This document shows, piece after piece, positions 39,491-48,568 of a stretch of DNA of 64,000 nt. The notes under the pieces are model-generated. The model worked only from the letters and a program-made list of their open reading frames with translations. It did no database searches and was not told where the DNA came from. The DNA comes from an uncultured virus (IMG/VR IMGVR_UViG_3300033074_000309) (lineage: Duplodnaviria; Heunggongvirae; Uroviricota; Caudoviricetes): IMG/VR virus record IMGVR_UViG_3300033074_000309. One strand, written 5' to 3'. The stretch's first letter is position 1. Each line of letters starts with the position of its first letter. The position numbers and the translations under genes were made by a program.

Positions 39491-40072
39491 ATGGAATTAC
39501 AAATTAAGTTAGATAAATTAATACAATATGAATTGAGTTTTGAAGCTTGGTTTATATTGTATTGTTTATTTAATAACAACGAGAAAATTCTAATTGATTA
39601 TATACAAAACTGTAGAAAAATACCTACTGAAATATTTAATCTTTTAGAAGAAAGACAATTAATTACAATTAACAGACAACAATTACAAGACAATAAAATT
39701 GTATATTCTTTATTAAAAATCACAAAAGAAGGTAAATCATTATTTGAATTACCTAATTTTGATCAGATGTTTGAAGAATTAAGACAAGTTTACCCTAAAA
39801 GGGTTGGTGGAAAACTAGATGGTAGACCATTACATTCAGATTTAAAGAGATGTAAAGTTTTATATAAAAAGATTATTAATGATAATGTAGAGTTACATAA
39901 GAAAATATGTAAATGTGCTTTAATGTATCATCAAGAGAAGCTTAGAACAAATTCTGAAATCTATATGCAAAGTTTACCAACATGGTTACATCAAGAAAAT
40001 TATAAACAATATATTGATGAAGTTGATAATTACAATGAAATTGTTGAACAATCTAACATAACAACTATATAA
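39491..40072 (+). CDS. Replication-initiator/helicase-loader-like protein
   Basis: Winged-helix-like N-terminus; F......YPK.V and Y.Q...TWL.Q..Y; directly upstream of the helicase. Confidence 0.5.
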   Translation: MELQIKLDKLIQYELSFEAWFILYCLFNNNEKILIDYIQNCRKIPTEIFNLLEERQLITINRQQLQDNKIVYSLLKITKEGKSLFELPNFDQMFEELRQVYPKRVGGKLDGRPLHSDLKRCKVLYKKIINDNVELHKKICKCALMYHQEKLRTNSEIYMQSLPTWLHQENYKQYIDEVDNYNEIVEQSNITTI

Positions 40073-42309
40073 TGAAGAGTCGAATAGAAGCAGGGTTATA
40101 TGGTGATTATGAAGGTTTATCTAATGGTCTTACTAGAATTAATGATTATATCTTTGGTTTACAAAGAAGTAGTTATACACTCATAGGAGGATTATCAGGT
40201 TCAGCAAAAACAACATTCTTAGATTATATTATATTAAATGCTATACAAGATGCTGAAGCAAAAGGTATTACAATTAATATTATATATTATTCTTGGGAGA
40301 TTGATGAAACATCTAAAAAAGCTAATTGGCTTTCAATACTAATCTATCAAAAATATGGAATAACAATACCACCTGAAACAATAAAAGGATTTGGTAAATT
40401 CAGATTGACAGATGAAGAGAAAGAATTAGTTTATTCAGAACTAGATAATTTAGAAAAGATATTTTCTAAAATTAAATGGATTTGGGAATCATCTAATCCT
40501 ACAGGAATTTATAAAGAATGTTGGAGTTTTATGGAAAAAAGAGGTACTTTTAAAAAAGAACCTTATATCGATGAAAACAATGAGAGAAAAGAAAGAATTG
40601 TTAGTTTTGAATTAAATGATCCTAAAGAATACAATGTAGTTGCGGGTGACCATTTGGCCCTAGCTAAACTAGAGAGAGGATTTACTTTAAAACAAAATAT
40701 TGACAAGATTTCAGAGTATTCTATTACATGTAGAAATCTATTTAAAATGACTTTTATATGGTTACAACAATTCAACCAAGGGTTAACAAAAAATAAACAC
40801 TGATTAATTAGGATATGTGAAATATTTTGTTTATATTAATAATATGAAAGCAATAATATACAAAATAACTAATTTACTTAATAATAAAGTATATATAGGA
40901 AGTACAAAATCTTGGGATAAGAGATTTAAATCACATTTAAGCAAATTAAATGGTAATTATCATATAAATAAGCATTTACAATCTGCTTGGAATAAATATG
41001 GAGAAGAAAGTTTTAAATTTGAAATAATAAGAGAAGTATCTGAAAATATTTTAAGAAGAGCTGAACAATTTTATATAAATAAATTTCAGTCTTTAAATCC
41101 TTTATATGGATATAATAAAGCTGTTGTAATTTCTAACGCTTGGGATAATCAAAAAGAAATTATAATTAATAAAAATACTATATATTTTGGATGTTATAAT
41201 AAACAAGGTAAATTAGTTAAAGTTTTTAGAACAATAGATAAGGTTTATGAATTTTTAGGGAATAGAAGAACAAGAGTATATGAAGCATGTAATAGTAATT
41301 TAACTAAAACAGCAGAAGGATACTATTGGTTAAGATTAGATATTTCTAAAGAAAAATTTAAAAATATTATTCTAGTTAAAAAAAGAAAAGGTAGACATAA
41401 ATCAATTATTCAAAAAGACATGAATAATAATTTTATTAAAGAATGGTCTAGTGCTGTAGAAGCTGCTATAGATTTAAAATTGTCATCTTTTAATATAACT
41501 AGATGTTTAAAAACAAATAACACATATAAAAATTATAAGTGGTTTTACTCAGCCCCCTAGTATAGTAATATACTTTGAATAACTCAGAATATCGGTGAAA
41601 CTCTCTAAGGAGACAATACCGAGGGATAGATTAATAATTAAAAATAAATAATATAAATATAGATGAAGTATTAAAAGCTTTTGATAAAGCACATGAAGAA
41701 AACCCAAAAAGTAATAAATTTTGGTCTTATGATAGTGGTGAATCTGTAGAAAATTTTATAAGATTTTTTAAAGAAGTTAATAAGCCCGTAGAGACTACCA
41801 ATGAGGAACCTACAAGTGAAGAAGTAGATAATGCACTAGATTGTTTATATGGAGATAATTCATGTGATCATTCAAAGGTATGTAATTATTTACAACAATT
41901 AACTTAGGTTTATGGTATAGTCCGATCTGCAAATATAAAATGAAATTGCAGTTAACAGTTTACACATGTGAGTAGTGTAGAAAGAGCAAAATTTAAAGGT
42001 GTGGATATTAGTCCACAACAATCAGATTTTAAAGACTCAACAAATCCTTATGCTGATGCTGACGTTGTATTAGGTTTAATGAATCCTCATAAAATGGACA
42101 TGGATAAGTGTTTAGGTTATGATATTAATTTACCTGGTAGTCATATGAATTTAAGAGATAACTTTAGAATGCTTAAAGTTATTAAAAACAGATTAAGTAG
42201 AGATAACATTGCAATAGGTTTATTATTTTTACCAAAAAGTGGTAGTTTTATAGAACTACCAAAACAAGAAGAGTTAACTACAACATGGTTAGCTAAACAT
42301 TTAAAATAA
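40072..42309 (+). CDS. DnaB-like replicative helicase; spliced, exons 40072-40783 and 41969-42309 (350 aa)
   Basis: GLSGSAKT Walker A, S.E, DH, QQFN; SDFKDS...ADAD.V and KNR in exon 2. Confidence 0.85.
40784..41968 (+). mobile_element. Group I intron (1185 nt) with a GIY-YIG gene in the P1 loop
   Basis: GGGT|...ATG|TG joins as QGLSSV; guide ACTCAGCCCC (about 41547-41556) pairs both exons; ATCGGTGAA/AATACCGAG core; P7 GACTA/TAGTC. Confidence 0.88.
40844..41560 (+). CDS. Intron-encoded GIY-YIG endonuclease
   Basis: IIYKITN.LN.KVYIGST; C-terminal NUMOD1-like repeats. Confidence 0.88.
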   Translation: MKAIIYKITNLLNNKVYIGSTKSWDKRFKSHLSKLNGNYHINKHLQSAWNKYGEESFKFEIIREVSENILRRAEQFYINKFQSLNPLYGYNKAVVISNAWDNQKEIIINKNTIYFGCYNKQGKLVKVFRTIDKVYEFLGNRRTRVYEACNSNLTKTAEGYYWLRLDISKEKFKNIILVKKRKGRHKSIIQKDMNNNFIKEWSSAVEAAIDLKLSSFNITRCLKTNNTYKNYKWFYSAP

Positions 42310-42319
42310 GACAAGATAA

Positions 42320-43857
42320 GTGGGACAAGGAATATTAGTAATCGGAGAATCTGGTAGTGGTAAATCAACCTCTATTGAGAATCTTGAACCAAAAGAAACG
42401 TTTATCATCAACGTTAAAAATAAACCTCTACCTTTTAAAGGGTGGAGATCCAATTATATACCTTTTACAAAGGATACACCTACAGGTAATTATATTGGAA
42501 CAGATGATCCTAATGTGATTTTGCGTATTATGCAACATGTTAGTGATAAAATGCCACATATTAAGACTCTAATTGTAGAGGATTTTCAATATATGGCAGC
42601 TAATGAATATATGAATAGAATTAAAGAAACTGGGTTAATTACTGTAGCTCAGAATAAATCTATCTAATTGACTGGAAGTTCCTTAGAGTCTTACACACTC
42701 AATAACACAGTAATGATGTTATCATAGTAAAAGAGGTAAGAATTGGATAACCAGCAGCCAAGCATCTTTATGAGATGAAGGTTCAACGACTAGTCGAAAG
42801 ACGTACATTTAATTTAAAAATTATTTGGAAATGGTAGAAACTTTACCTATATTTGTAAATAAAAATTTACACAAATGGGAAATATAAGAAGAAATAATGG
42901 TAAAATAATTAAAGAATATAGAGCTTGGAAAGCAATGAAAGCTAGATGCTATTCAGAATGTAATAAAAATCATGGGAAATATCATGAAAATAATATACAA
43001 GTTTGTAATAGATGGAAATATAGTTTTGAAAACTTTTTAAATGATATGGGATATTGTCCTGAAGGATATTCTTTAGACAGGATTAATAATAATGGTAATT
43101 ATGAACCATCTAATTGTAGATGGACTGATGATTTAAAACAATCTAATAACAGAGGAGAATTTAACTTAATTTATACATATAAAGGAGAATCTAAAACTTT
43201 AAAAGAATGGTCTAAAATCTTAAATATAAAATATACAACTTTATATATGAGAATTACTAGACAAAATTTAAGTTTTAATGAAGCTATTAATGTTAAAGAT
43301 GAAGATAAATTAACTGAATATAACGGTCAAAAAAGATCTATCAAAGATTGGTGTATTATTTTAAATTTACCTTATAAAACTATTATAAATAGAAAACATC
43401 AAGGTTGGTCAATAAAAGACTGTTTTGAAAGACCTATTAAAAAAGTTAAGATATAGTCTGATCTCATATGAAAATATGAGTTAACAAAAATGTCCAGAAA
43501 TTTAATGATATTGGTAAAAACATTTATTCAGTAGCAGATATTCATAATAAACTAAGAGATGATTTAATTGTAGTATATATTAATCACCCAGATGAATCAA
43601 CTGATGCTATGGGAGATCGTAAAGTTAGAGCTAAAACTATAGGCAAAATGGTGGATTCCGTTGTAACTTTAGAAGGATTATTTACTACAGTGTTGTTTAC
43701 TAAAGTAAAGAAAGGTAAGGAGGGTATGGAATATAGCTTTATTACTCAATCAGATGGTATGACAACTGCAAAGAGTCCTAGAGGAATGTTTGAAACATTA
43801 GAAATTCCTAATGATTTAAAATTCGTCATAAACAAAATCAACGAGTACAATAGTTAA
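42320..43857 (+). CDS. Sak4-like/AAA_24 ATPase; spliced, exons 42320-42635 and 43493-43857 (226 aa)
   Basis: GESGSGKSTS, KPLPF, EDFQY; KETG|FQKF restored; KTIGKM, EGLFT.VL, TAKSP.GMF, IPNDL. Confidence 0.87.
42636..43492 (+). mobile_element. Group I intron (857 nt) containing an HNH gene
   Basis: P1 CTGGGT/GCTCAG; TTGACTGGAA/CCAGCAGCC core; GTTCAACGACTA/ATATAGTC; terminal G. Confidence 0.88.
42875..43456 (+). CDS. Intron-encoded HNH endonuclease
   Basis: W.AMK.RCY, I.VC.RW..FENFL.DMG..P...SLDRINN.GNYEP.NCRW; stop codon lies within the P7 3' strand. Confidence 0.9.
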   Translation: MGNIRRNNGKIIKEYRAWKAMKARCYSECNKNHGKYHENNIQVCNRWKYSFENFLNDMGYCPEGYSLDRINNNGNYEPSNCRWTDDLKQSNNRGEFNLIYTYKGESKTLKEWSKILNIKYTTLYMRITRQNLSFNEAINVKDEDKLTEYNGQKRSIKDWCIILNLPYKTIINRKHQGWSIKDCFERPIKKVKI

Positions 43858-43897
43858 TTAAGAATAAGTAAAATTTAAAACAAATACAATATATAAT

Positions 43898-44470
43898 ATG
43901 TTTAATTTAAAAGACGCAGCAACAGAAAAACCAAAATCAAATTATCAACAACCTGGTATTCATGAAAATGAAACTATTTCAGCTGTAAATTTAGGAAAAG
44001 CTTCAACAGGTAGTACTTATTTACAATTTGAAACAGCAAGTGCTGATGGTTTAAAAGGTAAATCGCCTCAAATGTTCTTAAATGGTGCAGGTGAAACTCC
44101 AGTAGATGGTAAAGTTACTGCATGGTCAATTACTGCACGTAATTTAAAAAAGTATCTTTCATCAACTAACAATGTTAGTTTAGAAGAAGCTACTGATATG
44201 ATTAATGGAGTTGCAACAGTAGAACAATTACAAGCTAAAGTAGCTGCTTTATTAGTTGGTAAAAAGTTCCGTGCTAAATACAAAGGTGTACAAACATCTA
44301 AAGGTTTCACTATTGCTGAATTATGTGATTCAGAATCAATGCGTGTACCAGCTGAAGAATCATCATTAAAATATGATGCAACTAAAGATTTTGTTCCTTA
44401 TAAAGGTACACTTCAAGTTGCTCAACCTACAATGACTGCTTCAGCAGGTTCAGATGATTTACCCTTTTAA
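43898..44470 (+). CDS. Single-stranded DNA-binding protein (putative)
   Basis: Follows the Sak4-like gene; acidic DDLPF C-terminus. Confidence 0.65.
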   Translation: MFNLKDAATEKPKSNYQQPGIHENETISAVNLGKASTGSTYLQFETASADGLKGKSPQMFLNGAGETPVDGKVTAWSITARNLKKYLSSTNNVSLEEATDMINGVATVEQLQAKVAALLVGKKFRAKYKGVQTSKGFTIAELCDSESMRVPAEESSLKYDATKDFVPYKGTLQVAQPTMTASAGSDDLPF

Positions 44471-44665
44471 TCTATAAAATATGCAAATCAAATTATTTTA
44501 TTGGGAAGAAGAAACAGAAGTTTTTACTTTAATTAGTATTGCTTTTGGTAAATTTTTAAAAGAATAAATAATTAAAATAATATGGTGGCCTGGAACTAAT
44601 GAGCTAGACATTAGAGGATTTGCTGGGATAAATGCACTAGACAGCCTATTATTTTATATAAAATT

Positions 44666-45679
44666 ATGTTTAGTTTAAAAGATGCAATGCCTGATATTAG
44701 TACAGATTTAATTCTATCTAAAATATCAGAAGAACAAATTTGGAAGAGATATTGTAGTAAATTTGAACAAATTGATAAGTCTTTTTGTTCAGATTTATAC
44801 AACGATAGAAATCCAGATTGTAGAATATACTATAACAAATCCAATAAACTAGTTTATAAAGATTTTGGTAATGGTGATTCTCATGATTGTTTTAGTTATA
44901 TTCAAGCTAAATATAATTGCACTTTTAACGAATCATTAAGAATAATTTACAACGATTTTAAGCTTGGAGAACTCAAATTTGATATAATACCTCAACTAGT
45001 ACTTAATAATGCACCAGAAGTGCTTAAAATAAGTTCTAAGAGTGTTATTGAAATAGTTCCTCAAGCTTTTAATCTTGTAGATTATAATTACTGGAATCAA
45101 TATGAAATTCCACTTACTTTACTAGAAGAATACAATGTATTTTCTTGTAGTATTGTATATTTACATAAAAATGGTAGAACTATTGAATATAGAACTAGCA
45201 GAACAAATCCAATTTATGCATATAGATTTTGTTTTGATGGTAAATATTCATATAAAATTTACTTTCCTTTAGCTGATAAAAAGAAGAAATGGTTGTTTTC
45301 TGGAGGTTCAGAGAATGATATTGAAGGATATGATCAGTTACCACTATTTGGTGATAATATTATTCTTACTAAAAGTTTAAAAGACTGTATGGTTTATAAT
45401 TTACTTGGTTATCCTGCGATAGCATTGCAAGGTGAAACAAATAAATTAAAACAAGAATTAGTTAATAAATTATATAGAAGATTTGATAATATTATTGTTA
45501 ATTATGATAATGATACTGAAGGAATTAAAGGTTCAAAAAGATTAGAACAACAATATGGTTTTAAATACTTTTATGTAGACGGGGAAAAAGATTTGAGTGA
45601 TTTTGTAAAAATGTATGGTTTACAAGAAGCAAGACAAATGATTAATAACAAATTAGAACAACTTAATGACAAAAATTAA
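44666..45679 (+). CDS. DNA primase (crAss-like TOPRIM)
   Basis: D.NP.C....KDFG.G...CF; ILTKS.KD.M; QGE; YDND..G; KD.SD. Confidence 0.85.
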   Translation: MFSLKDAMPDISTDLILSKISEEQIWKRYCSKFEQIDKSFCSDLYNDRNPDCRIYYNKSNKLVYKDFGNGDSHDCFSYIQAKYNCTFNESLRIIYNDFKLGELKFDIIPQLVLNNAPEVLKISSKSVIEIVPQAFNLVDYNYWNQYEIPLTLLEEYNVFSCSIVYLHKNGRTIEYRTSRTNPIYAYRFCFDGKYSYKIYFPLADKKKKWLFSGGSENDIEGYDQLPLFGDNIILTKSLKDCMVYNLLGYPAIALQGETNKLKQELVNKLYRRFDNIIVNYDNDTEGIKGSKRLEQQYGFKYFYVDGEKDLSDFVKMYGLQEARQMINNKLEQLNDKN

Positions 45680-46091
45680 AGTAGGTTTTGAAGTAACAGA
45701 TAATTGGGCTAGAGGTGATTTTAGAGAATTTATTGGTTCTTTAATTAAATTACCTGAAATATATGAAGTATATATTATCTCTAATGATGATAGTAGTGCT
45801 TATATTACCTCAGTAGGTGTTACTTTAGGATTACCAACAACTCAAGTCTATATAGTTAATTTTACTCAAGATAAACTTGATACAATTGACCAAGTAGGTG
45901 TACAAATATACTTAGAAAATCTAAAGTATGTAGCTGATCAGATTGAAGATACCACAAATGCTTATGGGATTTATGTAAATGAATTACCTAGAAAGTATTA
46001 TGTAAAACCAACATATATTGTGGACTTTGAAAGGCTTATTAATGGTTTAAATGAAGGTACGTGTGAAGAGAATTTTAAGCCCAAGGAGTAA
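45666..46091 (+). CDS. Hypothetical protein, possibly a degenerate HAD fold
   Basis: KVGFEVTD, EVYIIS, K...G..IYLEN spaced like HAD motifs but lacking the catalytic Asp residues. Confidence 0.35.
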   Translation: MTKIKVGFEVTDNWARGDFREFIGSLIKLPEIYEVYIISNDDSSAYITSVGVTLGLPTTQVYIVNFTQDKLDTIDQVGVQIYLENLKYVADQIEDTTNAYGIYVNELPRKYYVKPTYIVDFERLINGLNEGTCEENFKPKE

Positions 46092-46533
46092 TAAGGGTAA
46101 GATTAAAAATGCAACAGCATTAGAAGTAAATGGATTAAAGTTTAAATCTAAACTAGAATTATTTACTTATAATAAACTTGTAGAGAGTAATATAAAAGAT
46201 TTTAAATATGAAGAGGTTAAATTTCAATTAATGGAACCTTTTACTTATAATAATGATAGCTATGAGTTAAAAAAAGATAAGTCTTTTGATACTATTAGTG
46301 AAAATATTAGAGGTATTACATATTTACCAGACTTTACTTGTATTGCTGAAGATAAAACAGGATGGATTATTGAAGTTAAAGGTTATGCTAATGATGGGTT
46401 TGCTAATAAATGGAAAACATTTAAAGAACATTTAGTTAAAAATGGTTATAACGTAACTTTATATAAACCCAATAATCAACAAAATGTATTAACTTGTATA
46501 AACTTAATTAAACAAAAATTTTATGAAAATTAA
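46051..46533 (+). CDS. PD-(D/E)XK nuclease (DUF1064-like)
   Basis: G.KFKSKLE, YE...F.L, TY.PDF, IIEVKG. Confidence 0.8.
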   Translation: MKVRVKRILSPRSNKGKIKNATALEVNGLKFKSKLELFTYNKLVESNIKDFKYEEVKFQLMEPFTYNNDSYELKKDKSFDTISENIRGITYLPDFTCIAEDKTGWIIEVKGYANDGFANKWKTFKEHLVKNGYNVTLYKPNNQQNVLTCINLIKQKFYEN

Positions 46534-46969
46534 AAATTTAGCTATAATATTTTCAATAGTGGGAATTATGGCACTAGGATTGTATAGACTTTCCGTTTCA
46601 AGTGAAGAACCAGTAAGAGAAATACCTAAACCAACAATGATAGCAGATACTGTTAAAATTGATAGTTTTAGTGAAAATGAATTGATTTTAGAAATGCATG
46701 ATTTAAAAATATTAGCACCAAATATAGTATTAGCTCAAGCTAAACTAGAAACAGGTAATTTTAAATCTTATTTATTTCAAAAATCTAATAATTTATTTGG
46801 TTTTAGAAACTTTAACGGTTATATCAAATATGAATCCTGGAAACATTCAGTAGCAGCATATAAGAATTGGCAAGCTAAAAAATATAAAGGAGGAGATTAT
46901 TATGATTTTCTTGAAGATATTAAATACGCAGAAGATACTTTATATTGCTATAAATTAAAGCAATTTTAA
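46523..46969 (+). CDS. Membrane-anchored glucosaminidase-like (GH73) peptidoglycan hydrolase
   Basis: N-terminal transmembrane helix; LAQA.LETG, NNLFG, YAED..Y. Confidence 0.75.
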   Translation: MKIKNLAIIFSIVGIMALGLYRLSVSSEEPVREIPKPTMIADTVKIDSFSENELILEMHDLKILAPNIVLAQAKLETGNFKSYLFQKSNNLFGFRNFNGYIKYESWKHSVAAYKNWQAKKYKGGDYYDFLEDIKYAEDTLYCYKLKQF

Positions 46970-46972
46970 TAA

Positions 46973-47164
46973 ATGTCAAAAGTAAATAGAGGAAATCTTT
47001 ATGATTATTACTTACATTACAATCCTTATACAGGTTATTGGAATGCAGTAAAACGTGATAAAGCTGTTAATTACCTTAATGGTAGATTAGGAGCAAATGA
47101 TGTTGTGAAACATAAGAATATTGAAGTATTAATTGATTACCTTTCAAAAGAAAAATCTGAATAA
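46973..47164 (+). CDS. Hypothetical protein
   Basis: LYD...HYNPY...W.A..R.....Y.NG. Confidence 0.55.
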   Translation: MSKVNRGNLYDYYLHYNPYTGYWNAVKRDKAVNYLNGRLGANDVVKHKNIEVLIDYLSKEKSE

Positions 47165-47994
47165 TGACAGCTGTAGTAGATTTAGATAGTGTAATGTTTA
47201 GTATTGGTAATCCTAACAAAGTATTAGGAACTGATGGACAACCATTAAGAAGAGATAATAAGTTTGTTTATGAGGATAAAACAAATGAACAATTAGCTGA
47301 TAGTTGTGAATTTATTATGAATAAAATCTTAACAAATTCTAAATGCACTGATTATATTGCTTTTATTAAAGGTAATAATACTACTAAGTCTAAAAGATTA
47401 ATAGACCCAAATTATAAAATGGATAGACATGGTGAATCTCCTAAATGGTGGAATTTTACTAAAGAATATCTTATTCAGAATTGGGGAGTTGTACCTGTAG
47501 ATAATATTGAAGTAGATGATGCTGTAAATATTACAAGGTTACAAATACCTAATTCATTTATTTGTGCTATTGATTCAGATTTATTAGGATTGCAAGGTAC
47601 ACATTATAATTGGAAGAAAAACGAACTAGTAGGTGAATGGATAACTACTACTGCTGAACAAGCAGAATACAAATTCTGGTCTGATATGATTACTGGAACT
47701 CATAATAATACTAAAGGATTACCTGGTAAAGGTGAAGTTTTTGTTAAAAAATTATTTACTAAAACTATTTCTATTGGAGATTATAATGTTGAAACAACAT
47801 ATGTTCAACATAAATATCAAATAATATTAGAAGTTTATGTTGAATATTTTGGTGAAGAACTAGGAATTGAAGAATTTTATAAGAACTATAAAATGATTAA
47901 AATATTAGATAAATATGAAGGATTTGTAATACCAGAACCAATTAGATTTAAAAAGAAAGAAGAATTACGTGAAGAGAAGGGAATATTTGACTAA
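47164..47994 (+). CDS. 5'-3' exonuclease (FEN/PIN family)
   Basis: VDLDS, YK..R, EVDD, IDSDL, GLPG.G. Confidence 0.8.
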   Translation: MTAVVDLDSVMFSIGNPNKVLGTDGQPLRRDNKFVYEDKTNEQLADSCEFIMNKILTNSKCTDYIAFIKGNNTTKSKRLIDPNYKMDRHGESPKWWNFTKEYLIQNWGVVPVDNIEVDDAVNITRLQIPNSFICAIDSDLLGLQGTHYNWKKNELVGEWITTTAEQAEYKFWSDMITGTHNNTKGLPGKGEVFVKKLFTKTISIGDYNVETTYVQHKYQIILEVYVEYFGEELGIEEFYKNYKMIKILDKYEGFVIPEPIRFKKKEELREEKGIFD

Positions 47995-48568
47995 TATTGG
48001 TAAGGTTAGGAAGAGTGGAGCAATCAAACATACATTTGCTACTACATTCTTACTACCTACGATAGGTTATTGTGAAAAAGACTTTAATAATAATTTAATT
48101 AATGTATATATAGATGAAGATTTGGAAACTCCAACATTAGTACTAGTAATAGATATTAATACATTCTTTACAGATGATATGTTAAAAAGACTTGAAAAAA
48201 ATCCTATTTATGCAGGATTTGAAAAGTTTGATAGTGAAATTGTTATTAAATTCAGAGTACCACTAAAACACCATGATACTTTTAGAAAGTTTATTAATGG
48301 TAAATATAGTGAATTTAACAATGAATATAAACAAGTATTAACAAATATATATGGTTATAAAGTAAATACTATAGGTAAGCTGGTAACAGAATATGATATT
48401 ATTTATCCAAGAAAAGACAAGAGAAAACAAATAGCAGAGGAATTATCTACACCTCCAAACTCAATTATAGATTATACTTCAATTAAAGAAGTATTTGATA
48501 GACCTGATATGGAATATGAGATATATCAATCTTTACAACAAATAAAAGAACAACAAGTACATGAATAA
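47969..48568 (+). CDS. Conserved phage hypothetical protein
   Basis: TFLLP...INVY...F..GKYS.F pattern. Confidence 0.55.
   Translation: MKRREYLTNIGKVRKSGAIKHTFATTFLLPTIGYCEKDFNNNLINVYIDEDLETPTLVLVIDINTFFTDDMLKRLEKNPIYAGFEKFDSEIVIKFRVPLKHHDTFRKFINGKYSEFNNEYKQVLTNIYGYKVNTIGKLVTEYDIIYPRKDKRKQIAEELSTPPNSIIDYTSIKEVFDRPDMEYEIYQSLQQIKEQQVHE

Noticed and set aside
44583..44650. GC-richer tract before the primase as a hammerhead, tRNA or riboswitch
   Set aside because: CTAATGAG lacks the CUGAUGA/GAAA core, there is no T arm, and I could not build a convincing fold.
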